In this document: positions 9,954-22,100 of the stretch, in pieces | How the letters are laid out: each line of letters begins with the position of its first letter | Position numbering within the stretch: position 1 is the first letter of the stretch | Source of the DNA: Kofleriaceae bacterium | Lineage (GTDB): Bacteria; Myxococcota_A; Polyangia; Haliangiales; Haliangiaceae | Direction: 5' to 3' | Length of the DNA: 64,000 nt | NCBI GenBank assembly: GCA_048500355.1 | Contig: JASNYD010000006.1 | Coordinates: 288,211 to 352,210, forward strand | Position numbers and translations under genes: made by a program | Notes under the pieces: model-generated | What the model was told of the DNA's origin: nothing | What the model saw: the letters and a program-made list of their open reading frames with translations, nothing else | Databases searched by the model: none

Positions 9954-10571
9954 CTACGGCGCCGCGAACACCATGACGTGGGCGGGGTCGACGACGTCAC
10001 CGGCCTCGACCACCGCGAACGGCCAGCGGGTCGGGCCGTCCCCCGGCAGCGCGCCGCCGCCGAACGGATCGCCGGCGACCCGCGGCCCCCACAGGCCGTC
10101 GAGCCACAGCGCGCACGACATCGCCTCGTCGTCGGCGCAGCGCGCCCGCACGTGCTCGACCAGCGACACCTTCAGCCCGGTGTCGTCGAGCCGCAGCTCG
10201 ACCGCGTCGGCGGGCGGGGCGTCGGCCGGCGCGCCGCCGATCCAGGCCCGGCCGATCGCGAAGCGGCCGGGGTTGGAGAAGGTGACCACCACCGGCAGGC
10301 GGAGGAGCTTGCGCGGCTCGCCGCCGTGCGACTGCAGCCAGGTGAGGAGCGGGCCCGACGGGGACAGGGGCGGACCGGGGACGAAGCTGGAGGTCATGGC
10401 GTCACTTTCGGCAGGGGGCGGGCCGGCGGCCTGCCCGTCGGCGGCCACGGGGCCTCCGCCGCCGGGACCGGTCGCGGGCCGGGAGGGACAGGCGCAGGCG
10501 GCCAGCGCGAGGGCGAAGGCGAGCGCCAGCGCCTGCGACGTCGGGGTGCACCGCGCCATCGATCGGGCCAT
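9954..10571 (-). CDS. Small lipoprotein immediately downstream of the DUF4157 toxin-like gene; candidate immunity protein
   Basis: Internal ATG (residue 211 of the track ORF) gives [28 protein letters not shown] (lipobox). 205 aa, protein-like composition, 11 bp gap to the upstream gene on the same strand. Confidence 0.5.
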   Translation of the reverse strand: MARSMARCTPTSQALALAFALALAACACPSRPATGPGGGGPVAADGQAAGPPPAESDAMTSSFVPGPPLSPSGPLLTWLQSHGGEPRKLLRLPVVVTFSNPGRFAIGRAWIGGAPADAPPADAVELRLDDTGLKVSLVEHVRARCADDEAMSCALWLDGLWGPRVAGDPFGGGALPGDGPTRWPFAVVEAGDVVDPAHVMVFAAP

Positions 10572-10582
10572 CGGGGCCGATA

Positions 10583-11875
<1,293 letters not shown>

Positions 11876-12060
11876 GGGAAGGCTCCGGGCGGTTCGAATG
11901 CACCCCATGGTACGGCAAGGGCTGGCAAACCCTTCCCGCCCCCGCGCTGATGATCCGGGAGTGAATCGGGCCCGAGCCCCCGGCCGGACTGGCCGGACCA
12001 CCGCCGGGCCTCACCGGCCGGTCGGGAGCCGCGTGCCCTCCCCTGCTAAGGTCCGGGGCC

Positions 12061-14238
12061 ATGGCCACGACCCACTATCGCAGCTGCACGCTGTGCGAGG
12101 CCACCTGCGGCGTCGCGATCGAGGTCGAGGGCGACCGCGTGGTCGCCATCCGCGGCGACGACGACGACCCGTTCTCCCGCGGCTACATCTGCCCCAAGGC
12201 CACGGCCCTGGCCGACCTCCACCACGATCCGGACCGCCTGCGCCGACCGCTGGTGCGCGAGGGCGCGAGCTGGCGCGAGGCGGCGTGGGACGAGGCCTTC
12301 GAGCTGGTCGTGCGTCGCCTGCGCGAGGTCCGCGCCGCTCACGGCCCGAACGCCCTCGCCGTCTACCAGGGCAACCCCACCGTCCACAACCTCGGCCTGC
12401 TCATGCACGGCCAGGTCTTCCTGCGCAAGCTGGGCACCCGCAACGCGTACTCGGCGACCTCGGTCGATCAGCTCCCGCACATGCTGGCGGCGCTCATGAT
12501 GTTCGGCGACCAGCTCCTGATGCCGGTGCCCGACCTCGACCGCACCGACCACCTGATCATCCTCGGCGGCAACCCGCTGGTGTCCAACGGCAGCATCATG
12601 ACCGCGCCCGACGTCAAGGGCCGGCTCAAGGCCCTGCGCGCCCGCGGCGGCACCGTCACCGTCATCGATCCGCGGCGCACCGAGACCGCGGCGGTGGCCG
12701 ATCGCCACCTCTTCATCCGGCCCGGCACCGACGCCGCCTTCCTGCTGTCGCTCCTCCACGTCCTCTTCGCCGAGGGCCTGGTCCGGCCCGGGCGCCTGGC
12801 GTCGTTCACCGACGGCCTCGACGAGCTCGCCGCGATCGTCGCCGCCTACCCGCCCGAGCGCACCGCGCCGGCGACCGCGATCGCGCCCGACGACGTGCGC
12901 GCCCTGGCCCGCGCCTTCGCCGCCGCGCCCCGGGCCGCGTGCTACGGCCGCCTCGGCATGTGCACCCAGGAGCTGGGCGGGCTGTCGGCCTGGCTGTGCT
13001 ACGCGGTCAACGTCGTCACCGGCCGCCTCGACGCGCCCGGCGGGATCATGTTCACCACCCCCGCCGTCGACCTCTTGCCGCTGGCCCGCCGCCTCGGCTT
13101 CGACGGCGGCCACGCCCGCTGGACCAGCCGGGTGCGCGGGCTGCCCGAGTTCGGCGGCGAGCTGCCGCTGGCGGCCCTGGCCGAGGAGATCGCGACCCCG
13201 GGCCCGGGCCAGGTGCGCGCGCTCGTCACCAGCGCCGGCAACCCGGTGCTGTCGGCCCCGGGCGGCGGCCGCCTCGAGGCCCTCCTGCCCGGGCTCGACT
13301 TCATGGTCTCGGTCGATCCCTACCTCAACGAGACCACCCGCTTCGCCCACGTCATCCTGCCGCCGACCTCGCCGCTCGAGCACGCGCACTACGACCTGGC
13401 CTTCGCCGGCTTCTCGGTGCGCAACGTCGCCAAGTACTCGCCGCCGGTGTTCGAGCGCGGGCCCGATCAGCGCCACGACTGGGAGATCTACGCCGAGCTG
13501 GCCGCGCGCTGGTTCGTGCCCGGGAGCGCGCCCGGCCTGCTCGGTCCGCTGGGCGCGCTGGTGGCGCGCGCCGCCCGCGCCACCACCCTCGGCGTCACCC
13601 CCGAGATGGTGCTGGAGCTGGGGCTGCGCGCCGGCCCCCACGGCCTGCGCAAGGGCCAGGACGGCCTGTCGCTGGCCCGCCTGCGCGCGAACCCGCACGG
13701 CGTCGATCTGGGGCCGCTCGAGCCGCGCCTGCCCGGCCGCCTCGGCACCCGCGACCGCCGGATCGCGCTCGTGCCCGCCATCTACCGGGCCGACCTGCCG
13801 CGGCTCGACGCCCACCTCGCGGCCGCGGCGGCGCGCGCCGGCGGCGACGGCCTGGTGCTGATCGGCCGCCGCCACCTGCGCAGCAACAACTCGTGGCTGC
13901 ACAACAGCGAGCGGCTGGTGAAGGGCAAGCCGCGCTGCACGCTCCTGCTCCACCCCCGCGACGCCGCCGCCCGCGGCATCGCCAGCGGCGACGCGGTGCG
14001 CCTGGCCTCGCGCGCCGGCGAGGTCGTGGTCCCGGCCGAGGTCTCGGACGAGATCATGGCCGGCGTCGTCAGCCTGCCCCACGGCTGGGGCCACGGCCGG
14101 CCGGGCACGCGGACCCAGGTCGCCAGCGCCCACGCCGGGGCCTCGGTCAACGACGTCACGCTCCCCGAGCTGGTCGACCTGCTGTCGGGGACCGCCGCGC
14201 TGTCGGGGGTCGAGGTCACCGTCGAGCGGGTGTCGTGA
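12061..14238 (+). CDS. Molybdopterin-dependent oxidoreductase (NarB/NasA/FdhF-like monomeric molybdoenzyme with N-terminal 4Fe-4S)
   Basis: N-terminal CTLCEATCG...C (CxxCxxxC...C) Fe-S cluster motif. Molybdopterin oxidoreductase family signatures run through the whole 725 aa (…FSRGYICPKA…ILGGNPLVSNGS…MVSVDPYLNETTRFAHVILP…), and a C-terminal MopB-CT-like barrel carries the DAAARGIASGDAVRL motif. Confidence 0.85.
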   Translation: MATTHYRSCTLCEATCGVAIEVEGDRVVAIRGDDDDPFSRGYICPKATALADLHHDPDRLRRPLVREGASWREAAWDEAFELVVRRLREVRAAHGPNALAVYQGNPTVHNLGLLMHGQVFLRKLGTRNAYSATSVDQLPHMLAALMMFGDQLLMPVPDLDRTDHLIILGGNPLVSNGSIMTAPDVKGRLKALRARGGTVTVIDPRRTETAAVADRHLFIRPGTDAAFLLSLLHVLFAEGLVRPGRLASFTDGLDELAAIVAAYPPERTAPATAIAPDDVRALARAFAAAPRAACYGRLGMCTQELGGLSAWLCYAVNVVTGRLDAPGGIMFTTPAVDLLPLARRLGFDGGHARWTSRVRGLPEFGGELPLAALAEEIATPGPGQVRALVTSAGNPVLSAPGGGRLEALLPGLDFMVSVDPYLNETTRFAHVILPPTSPLEHAHYDLAFAGFSVRNVAKYSPPVFERGPDQRHDWEIYAELAARWFVPGSAPGLLGPLGALVARAARATTLGVTPEMVLELGLRAGPHGLRKGQDGLSLARLRANPHGVDLGPLEPRLPGRLGTRDRRIALVPAIYRADLPRLDAHLAAAAARAGGDGLVLIGRRHLRSNNSWLHNSERLVKGKPRCTLLLHPRDAAARGIASGDAVRLASRAGEVVVPAEVSDEIMAGVVSLPHGWGHGRPGTRTQVASAHAGASVNDVTLPELVDLLSGTAALSGVEVTVERVS

Positions 14239-14732
14239 GCGACGACGCGGCCGACCCGCGCCCGGGCGACGCGTCGGCCGCCGCCGCCGCCGGGCCGCTG
14301 TTCGATCGCCTCGGCGGCGCGCGCCTGCGCGCCGTGGTCGAGGACTTCTACGACCGCGTCTTCGTCGATCCGATGATCGGCTTCCTGTTCGCCGGCAAGG
14401 ATCGGGCCCGCCTGGTCGAGAAGGAGTGCGAGCTGGCCGCGCGCATGCTGGGCGCGCCGATCGCGTACACCGGCCGCACGATGCGCGAGGCCCACGCCCG
14501 CGTCCCCATCCTCGGCGGTCACTTCGATCGCCGCACCCAGCTCCTGCGCAACGTCCTGGCCGATCACGGCGTCGACCCCGAGGTCGTCGCCGCCTGGATC
14601 GATCACACCGTGGCCATGCGCGCCCAGCTCACCGCCGATCGCGGCAGCGAGTGCGACCACGAGGCGGCCGCCGCCCGCACCCACGTCGGCGGCGACAGCA
14701 CCGCGCCGGTGGCGCTGCGCCGCCGGACCTGA
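14235..14732 (+). CDS. Truncated haemoglobin (2/2 Hb, group II-like), translationally coupled to the molybdoenzyme
   Basis: GTG overlaps the upstream TGA (GTGA). trHb motifs are present: ...FYDRVFVDPMIGFLF...ECELAARMLGAPIAYTGRTMREAHARVPILGGHFD... Confidence 0.7.
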   Translation: MSDDAADPRPGDASAAAAAGPLFDRLGGARLRAVVEDFYDRVFVDPMIGFLFAGKDRARLVEKECELAARMLGAPIAYTGRTMREAHARVPILGGHFDRRTQLLRNVLADHGVDPEVVAAWIDHTVAMRAQLTADRGSECDHEAAAARTHVGGDSTAPVALRRRT

Positions 14733-14745
14733 ACGCCGCCGGCGC

Positions 14746-16527
14746 TCACGCCTCCCCGCGGCCGCCGCCGGCGCGCTGGGCCTGCGCCCGCGCCTTCTCG
14801 ATCGCGCGCTCGAGCCGCATCACCCGCACCCGGGGGTCGACCGCGCGCGCGAAGAAGACGATGACCTCGAGCAGGAGCGACAGCGCGACCGCGATCGCGT
14901 AGCAGGCGATCGCGACCTTGACCGCGGGGATGAAGATGAGCAGCCGCGGCGACGGCACCTCGACGTAGGGCGCGGGGAAGAACGCCCACAGGAGGCCGGC
15001 CGGCACCATCGCGATCATGAAGCCGAGCCAGGCCACGCCGTTGGCGCGGGCCAGGCGCTCGGCCAGCACCAGGCGGCGCCGCATCGCCAGCCAGCCCGCG
15101 AGCAGGTGGACGGCGATGCCGATCGCGCCGTACTTGAGCAGCTCGGTCGCCATGTGGCCGCGGTCGGGCAGGAGCGACGGGCTGAAGCGCGCGCCGAGCA
15201 CGCCGATGAGCGTGTAGTAGACGATGAAGAACGCCGGCACCCCGACCGCCAGCACGCGGACGTCGAGGCGCAGGCCGCCGCGCAGGCGCAGCCACCCGGC
15301 CAGGAGCACCGCCACCGCGGCCAGCCCCAGGACCAGGGCGGTGCGCAGGGCGCGACGGGCGAGCCGCGCCGTGCGCTCGCCGCCGAGGGCGCGGTCGACG
15401 ACGCGCTGGTTGGCCCGCACCCGGGCGTCGTCGAGCGCGGCGACGCGGGCGGCGTCGGCCGGCGACAGGGCGAGCGCGCCGAGGGCGGTCCGGCCCAGGC
15501 CGTGGCCGGGCGCCGGCAGGCCGAGGAGGACCGCCGCCGTCGGCGCCACGTCCATGAGCGGCACGTCGAGGGTGGCGCCCGGCACCACGCCGGCGCCGGC
15601 CAGGATGAGGGGCACGTCGACCACGGTCGGCTCGACGCCGCCGTGGCCGCCGCCGTCGGTGTGGCCGTGATCGGCGACCACGATCACGGCGTCGCGGGTC
15701 AGGTCGAGGCCGGTCAGGGACGCGCGCAGGGCAGCGTCGGCCTCGAACGCGGCCGCGCGGTACTCGGGCTCGGCGCCGCCGTAGTCGTGGCCGGCGGCGT
15801 CGACCACGCCGATCAGGATCACGACCAGCTCGTCGCCGGAGTCGACCACGCTGCGCGCGGCCTCGCGGAACCCACCCGGCCACGGCGCGTAGCGCGGATC
15901 GTCGAAGTCGCCGCGCTGGTCGCTGGTGATCATGCGGCGGAAGGCCTCGGCGGTGCGCTCGTCGAGGTCGTCGAGGTCGACGTCGGTGAGCGGCACCGAG
16001 CGCGGGCGCATGAACAGCGCGGGCATGGCGTCGTAGTCGCTGGCGAAGCCGCTGCGCATGCGGCCGCGCGCCGGGTCGGCCCCGCGCACGCGCGTCATCA
16101 GCGAGTCGACCCGCACCGGGGTCCGCACCCGGTTGGTGCGCACCCCCGAGTGCGCCGGCGGCACGCCGGTGAGGATGTTGACGTAGCCCGGCCGCGACCA
16201 GGTCGGGTACTGGGCGCGGGCGCGACCGTGGGCGCCGCGGGCGCGCAGCTCGTTCAGGTACGGCAGCTCCTGCGACACGTCGAGGCGCAGGCCGTCGATG
16301 ATGGCGATGACCACCCGCCCGGCCAGGGGCGGCGTGCCCGGTGGCTCGACCACCGGCGCGGCGGCGGCCAGCGCCGGCGGCCGGTCCAGATCGTTCATGA
16401 AGTCGGCGCCCGACAACCCGGCCTGGATGGCGCCCCAGGCGCCGATCACCAGCAGGAGCGCGGCGGTCGCCAGCGACCACGGCGTCGACGGGGGTGCGGC
16501 GCGCAGCACCGCTCGACGATGCCACAA
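14746..16527 (-). CDS. Membrane protein with a periplasmic alkaline-phosphatase-superfamily (type I phosphodiesterase/nucleotide pyrophosphatase-like) domain and a C-terminal multi-TM domain
   Basis: TTG or GTG start (16527 or 16509) gives a signal anchor (WHRRAVLRAAPPSTPWSLATAALLLVIGAWG). The AP-fold motifs are VVIAIIDGLRLD and AVIVVADHGHTDGGGHGG. Four to five C-terminal hydrophobic helices follow. The track ORF upstream of this is junk. Confidence 0.65.
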   Translation of the reverse strand: MWHRRAVLRAAPPSTPWSLATAALLLVIGAWGAIQAGLSGADFMNDLDRPPALAAAAPVVEPPGTPPLAGRVVIAIIDGLRLDVSQELPYLNELRARGAHGRARAQYPTWSRPGYVNILTGVPPAHSGVRTNRVRTPVRVDSLMTRVRGADPARGRMRSGFASDYDAMPALFMRPRSVPLTDVDLDDLDERTAEAFRRMITSDQRGDFDDPRYAPWPGGFREAARSVVDSGDELVVILIGVVDAAGHDYGGAEPEYRAAAFEADAALRASLTGLDLTRDAVIVVADHGHTDGGGHGGVEPTVVDVPLILAGAGVVPGATLDVPLMDVAPTAAVLLGLPAPGHGLGRTALGALALSPADAARVAALDDARVRANQRVVDRALGGERTARLARRALRTALVLGLAAVAVLLAGWLRLRGGLRLDVRVLAVGVPAFFIVYYTLIGVLGARFSPSLLPDRGHMATELLKYGAIGIAVHLLAGWLAMRRRLVLAERLARANGVAWLGFMIAMVPAGLLWAFFPAPYVEVPSPRLLIFIPAVKVAIACYAIAVALSLLLEVIVFFARAVDPRVRVMRLERAIEKARAQAQRAGGGRGEA

Positions 16528-16689
16528 GGCCGATGCTATGGTGACGCCATGTGGTACCTGGACGGCAACGTCCCTCACCTCCCGGACGTGCGGTCGCCGA
16601 GCTGACGACGAGACGATCAGACGCCTCTGTTCAACTCCTCGTGCCGCGCGTCCGGTGACCGCGGCCGACCCCGGGAAGTCGAGACCACC

Positions 16690-18123
<1,434 letters not shown>

Positions 18124-18138
18124 CGAGCGGAGGGGGCG

Positions 18139-18591
18139 GTGGCCAAGGCGCGCGCCGCGATCGCCCCCGTCCGCTGGGTCTACCTGCTCCTGGGCTGGGC
18201 GTTCTTCGCCATCGGCGTCGCCGGCATCGTGCTGCCCGTGGTGCCGGCCACGCCGTTCATGCTGCTGGCGCTGTGGGGGTTCTCGCGCAGCTCGCCGCGG
18301 CTCGAGGCCTGGCTCCTCGCCCACCGCCACTTCGGCGCGCCGCTGCGGGCGTGGAAGGCCCACCGGGTCATCCCGTGGCGCGGCAAGCTGGTGGCGTGGG
18401 CGTCGATGATCGGCAGCCTCCTCTACATGCTGGCGTGGTCGCAGCCGGCGTGGTGGGTCATCGCACTGGCCGCCGCGCTCATGGCCTACGGCGCGTGGTT
18501 CATCGCCCGCTGCCCGTCGTACCCGCCGCCCGCGGCGATCGCCCGCGGCGCCGCGGCGAACGAGGCGGACGCCGTGAGCCGCGAGCCGTGA
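18139..18591 (+). CDS. DUF454 (YbaN-like) inner-membrane protein
   Basis: ...VYLLLGWAFFAIGVAGIVLPVVPATPFMLLALWGFSRSSPRLEAWLL... is characteristic of the DUF454/YbaN family. It starts 15 bp after the KamA stop. Confidence 0.7.
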   Translation: MAKARAAIAPVRWVYLLLGWAFFAIGVAGIVLPVVPATPFMLLALWGFSRSSPRLEAWLLAHRHFGAPLRAWKAHRVIPWRGKLVAWASMIGSLLYMLAWSQPAWWVIALAAALMAYGAWFIARCPSYPPPAAIARGAAANEADAVSREP

Positions 18592-18601
18592 GCCGGATCT
18601 G

Positions 18602-19198
18602 GTGATCGACCTCGGCCGCCTCGACGCACGCGCGCTGGCCACGACCTGGGCCGCGGCGGCGCCGTTCCCCCACCTCGTCCTCGACGACGTCGTGGCCGAG
18701 GCCGACCTCGAGGCGCTGCGCGCGGCGGTCGCGATCGAGCCCCACCACCTCGAGCGCAGCGAGCTGGTCGACGCCCGCGGCTCGGCCCCGACGCCCTGGC
18801 ACCCGACCCTGGCCGCGCTGGCGGCGGCGCTGGCGACGCCGGCCACGCTGGCGGCGGTGGGCGCGATCAGCGGCCGGGCGGTGACGCGGGTCGAGGCCCG
18901 CAGCTACCTCTACCTGCCGGGCCACTACCTCCTGCCCCACACCGACAGCGGCCTGGGCCTGGGCCGGCAGGTGGCGTTCACGCTCTACCTCGGCCCCCAC
19001 GCCGAGGTCACCGGCGGCGAGCTCGAGCTGTTCCGTTGCACGCTGGTCCGCGGCGAGCTGACCGCGGCCGCGCCCGCCGTCCGCATCCCGTACCAGAGCG
19101 GTCGCCTGGTGCTGTTCGAGGTCTCCGACCGATCGCTCCACCAGGTGCGCGAGGTCACCGCTGGCCACCGGCGGTCGGTGGCGGGGTGGTTCTCGTGA
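18602..19198 (+). CDS. 2OG-Fe(II) oxygenase superfamily protein (prolyl-4-hydroxylase-like)
   Basis: HxD...H facial triad: YLLPHTDSG ... RSLHQV, with an RxS-type 2OG-binding context (RRSVAGWF). GTG start 10 bp after the DUF454 stop. Confidence 0.7.
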   Translation: MIDLGRLDARALATTWAAAAPFPHLVLDDVVAEADLEALRAAVAIEPHHLERSELVDARGSAPTPWHPTLAALAAALATPATLAAVGAISGRAVTRVEARSYLYLPGHYLLPHTDSGLGLGRQVAFTLYLGPHAEVTGGELELFRCTLVRGELTAAAPAVRIPYQSGRLVLFEVSDRSLHQVREVTAGHRRSVAGWFS

Positions 19199-19782
19199 TC
19201 GCCGAGTACCTGCTCGATCCCGACGTCGCCGTCGAGCTGCGGGCGGCGCTGGGCGCGGCCCCGATCCCGTCGCTCATGCTGCCGGCCGCGATCGATCCGC
19301 CGACCCTCGCCGGGCTGCGCGCCGGCCTGGCCGCCGCCGGCACCGTGCCCTACGACCTCGCCGACCGCGGCCGCTACCGCCTCAACGCCAGCCTCCGCGT
19401 CGACGGCCTGTGGACGAAGCTGGCGGCCACGACCTCGCTCCTCACCGGCGCGCCCCACCTGGTCGCGGGCGCGCGCTGGCTCGAGCTCGGCCACGGCGAC
19501 TACGGGCTCGCCCGCGACGACGCCTGCACCCGGCCGGCCGGCCCACACGTCGAGCTCACCCTCGACCTGTCCGAGACCTGCTCGGGCGAGGCCGAGATCG
19601 TCTACAGCGCGGGCGCCACCGCCGTGATCGTGCCCCAGCTCCCGGCCCTGCTCTCGCTGGTCGCCCGCGACCCGTCGGTCTTCCGCTACGAGCGCCCGCT
19701 CACCTTCCGCAGCGCGCACCTCCGCATCGTGCGCCTGCGGGTGTGGCTGGTGCCGGCGACGTCGCTGGCCCCGCCGGCCTGA
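19195..19782 (+). CDS. Hypothetical protein translationally coupled (GTGA overlap) to the 2OG oxygenase
   Basis: GTG at 19195 (residue 54 of the track ORF) gives VIAEYLLDPDVAVELRAALGAAPIPS.... 195 aa, protein-like, no clear catalytic motif. Confidence 0.5.
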   Translation: MIAEYLLDPDVAVELRAALGAAPIPSLMLPAAIDPPTLAGLRAGLAAAGTVPYDLADRGRYRLNASLRVDGLWTKLAATTSLLTGAPHLVAGARWLELGHGDYGLARDDACTRPAGPHVELTLDLSETCSGEAEIVYSAGATAVIVPQLPALLSLVARDPSVFRYERPLTFRSAHLRIVRLRVWLVPATSLAPPA

Positions 19783-19855
19783 CCAGCCGCCCGCGGCGGG
19801 GCGCGGCGTGTCGCTTGCCACCCTCTGCCGGGGCGGACTGTGGCACCGTGGAAGG

Positions 19856-21295
19856 ATGCGCACCCTGGCCTCGACGACCCTGACCCTGGTGCTCGCCCTC
19901 ACCCTCGTCGCCTGCGGCAAGGTCGAGAGCGATCTCCCCGACGCCGACGAGCCCCCGCCCACCGACGCCCAGGTGGACAGCCCCGACGCCCCGGACGTCA
20001 CCACCTGCACCCCCGACGAGTTCGTCGACTGCGACGGCGGCAACGCCCGCTTCTGCAACGCCAACGGCAACGGCGTGATCATCATGAGCTGCGGCACGGC
20101 CGGCTGCAACGCCGACGCCCGGCGCTGCAACCAGTGCGTCCCGTCGTCGGTGGTGTGTGACGGCAACGTCGTCGAGAGCTGCGACGCCGACGGCCTCGAG
20201 CTGCCCGACGAGCCGTGCCTGCGCTCGTGCATCGCCACCCCCAGCGCCCACTGCGAGTACATCGCGCCGGTCTACCTGCCCGACGTCTGCGACGCGCGGG
20301 CGACCATGCCCAGCCTCGCCATCAGCACCAGCGTCACGATCGACACCGGCCTCGACACCAACTGCACCGGCGGCATCGTCACCCAGACCGGCGGCCCGCC
20401 GATCTGCGTCATCCGCTACGGCACCATCGGCGTGCAGAGCGGCCGCACCCTGACCCTCACCGGCGGTCGCGCCGCCGCCTTCGTGGCCGACGGCGACCTG
20501 ACCGTGGCCGGCACCATCGACGCCGCGGCCAGCGGCCTCACCCACGGCCCCGGCGGCGGCACGCTCACCTCGGGCGGCCTCGCCAACGCGTCGGCCGGCG
20601 GCGGCGGCGCCGGCTACCTCACCGCCGGCGCGGCGGGCGCCAACCTCACCACCAACGGCGGCGCGAACAACGGCGGCGCGGCGTTCGATCCGCTGAGCGG
20701 CTCGGTCCTGGTCGGCGGCGCCCGCGGCGCGCGCCCCAGCATCGCGCTGGGCGTCAGCGGCGGCGGCGGCGGCGGCGCGCTGATGCTCGTGAGCTGCCGC
20801 GGCAACGTGATCGTGAGCGGCCTCCTCGACCTCGGCGGCGGCGGCGGCAACGGCGGCATCGACCTGTCCGCCGGACCTCAGCTCATGCTGATCGGCGGCG
20901 GCGGCGGCGGCACCGGCGGCTACGGCGTGCTGCAGGGCCTGGGCGTCCAGGTCACCGGCCAGGTCTTCGCCAACGGCGGCGGCGGCGGCGGCGGCGGTGC
21001 CAACGACGCGGCCGGCTCGGCGGGCGGCGACGGCACGCGCTCGACCACCACCGCCGCCACCGGCGGCGCCGGTGCGACCGCCGGGACCTCGGTCGGTGGC
21101 CGCGGTGGGACCGGCGGTCGCGTCGGCGCCAACCCCGGCGTCGGCCTCATCCCGACGTCCCAGGGCTCGCCCGGCGGCGGCGGCGGCTCGGTCGGACGCT
21201 TCCAGGCCTACACCCCGACCGGCGTCACCCCCACGCTCACGCCCTCGGCGGCGTCGCCGCCCTTCCAGAGCAACCGGACCGTGCCCACGCGCTGA
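19856..21295 (+). CDS. Secreted lipoprotein with an N-terminal Cys-rich module and a long Gly-rich (GGxGG) C-terminal region
   Basis: ATG at 19856 gives MRTLASTTLTLVLALTLVACGK (lipobox). About 14 Cys lie in the first 150 aa. The Gly-rich part carries right-handed beta-helix-like GGxGG repeats. Confidence 0.6.
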   Translation: MRTLASTTLTLVLALTLVACGKVESDLPDADEPPPTDAQVDSPDAPDVTTCTPDEFVDCDGGNARFCNANGNGVIIMSCGTAGCNADARRCNQCVPSSVVCDGNVVESCDADGLELPDEPCLRSCIATPSAHCEYIAPVYLPDVCDARATMPSLAISTSVTIDTGLDTNCTGGIVTQTGGPPICVIRYGTIGVQSGRTLTLTGGRAAAFVADGDLTVAGTIDAAASGLTHGPGGGTLTSGGLANASAGGGGAGYLTAGAAGANLTTNGGANNGGAAFDPLSGSVLVGGARGARPSIALGVSGGGGGGALMLVSCRGNVIVSGLLDLGGGGGNGGIDLSAGPQLMLIGGGGGGTGGYGVLQGLGVQVTGQVFANGGGGGGGGANDAAGSAGGDGTRSTTTAATGGAGATAGTSVGGRGGTGGRVGANPGVGLIPTSQGSPGGGGGSVGRFQAYTPTGVTPTLTPSAASPPFQSNRTVPTR

Positions 21296-21323
21296 GCCCC
21301 ATCACCAGCCGCGGGGACGACCG

Positions 21324-21351
21324 GCGCGGCCGGCGCCGGGCCGCCGCGCGG
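21324..21351. terminator. GC-rich palindromic hairpin between convergent genes (candidate bidirectional terminator)
   Basis: ccggcgcggccggcgccgggccgccgcgcgg contains self-complementary ccgcgcgg/gccgcgc arms. There is no U-tract, which is expected in a high-GC genome. Low confidence. Confidence 0.2.
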
Positions 21352-21356
21352 AGGCC

Positions 21357-22100
21357 TCAGAACATCCAGCCGGCGTCGAGGCCGACGCCGAGGGCGGGGT
21401 GGCCCTGCGCGGGCAGGCGGCCGGCGGCGTCGCGCTCGACGCTGGCGCCGAGCCCGACCATCGCGGTGAGCGCGAGGCGACGCCACGGTGTGAGGCGGTA
21501 GCCGACCTCGGCGCGGGCCCCGGCGACCAGCGTGGTGCCGAGGTGACGGTCGCCCAGCGACAGGCGCGCGGTCGAGAGATCGACGCGGCCGCCGACGAAC
21601 CAGCCGGTGCGATCGAGGCCGGGGATGCGCGACCAGCGGGCCCGCCCGCGCCAGTACCAGCGGTACTCGCCGGCCACGCCGAGGCGGAGGGCGTCGTAGT
21701 CGCCGGCGGCGGTGCGGCGGACGCTGACCGCCAGCGCCACGGCGGTGCGCGGACGCAGCGCGCGCTCGGCGCCGACCTCGAGGCCGGCGAGGCCGTCGAC
21801 GGAGGGCAGCGCGATCCAGACGGCGTGGCGTGGCGGCGCCGCGGCCGGCGCGGTGGCCAGCGCGTCGGCGGGCGGCGCGGCCGGGACCTCCGACGGCGCG
21901 GGCGACGCAGGGGGCGCGTCCGCGGGCGGCGCGACGGGCGGCACGGACGGCGCGTCCGCCGCCGACGGCTGGGCGCGGGCGGGAGCCGCGACGCCGGCGG
22001 CGGCCGCGAGGGCGACCGCGACCGTGGTCGCGACCAGCCGCGGTGCCGGCGGTGGTGCCGGTGCCGGTGCCGGTGCCGGCGCCCTTGGAAGGCCGATCAC
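21357..22100 (-). CDS. Secreted/outer-membrane beta-barrel-like protein, GTGA-coupled to the upstream esterase
   Basis: GTG at 22100 overlaps the esterase stop. A signal peptide (VATTVAVALAAAAGVAAPARAQP) and a Pro/Ala-rich linker precede an alternating hydrophobic beta-strand pattern ending in ...GVGLDAGWMF, the C-terminal aromatic residue typical of outer-membrane proteins. Confidence 0.5.
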   Translation of the reverse strand: MIGLPRAPAPAPAPAPPPAPRLVATTVAVALAAAAGVAAPARAQPSAADAPSVPPVAPPADAPPASPAPSEVPAAPPADALATAPAAAPPRHAVWIALPSVDGLAGLEVGAERALRPRTAVALAVSVRRTAAGDYDALRLGVAGEYRWYWRGRARWSRIPGLDRTGWFVGGRVDLSTARLSLGDRHLGTTLVAGARAEVGYRLTPWRRLALTAMVGLGASVERDAAGRLPAQGHPALGVGLDAGWMF

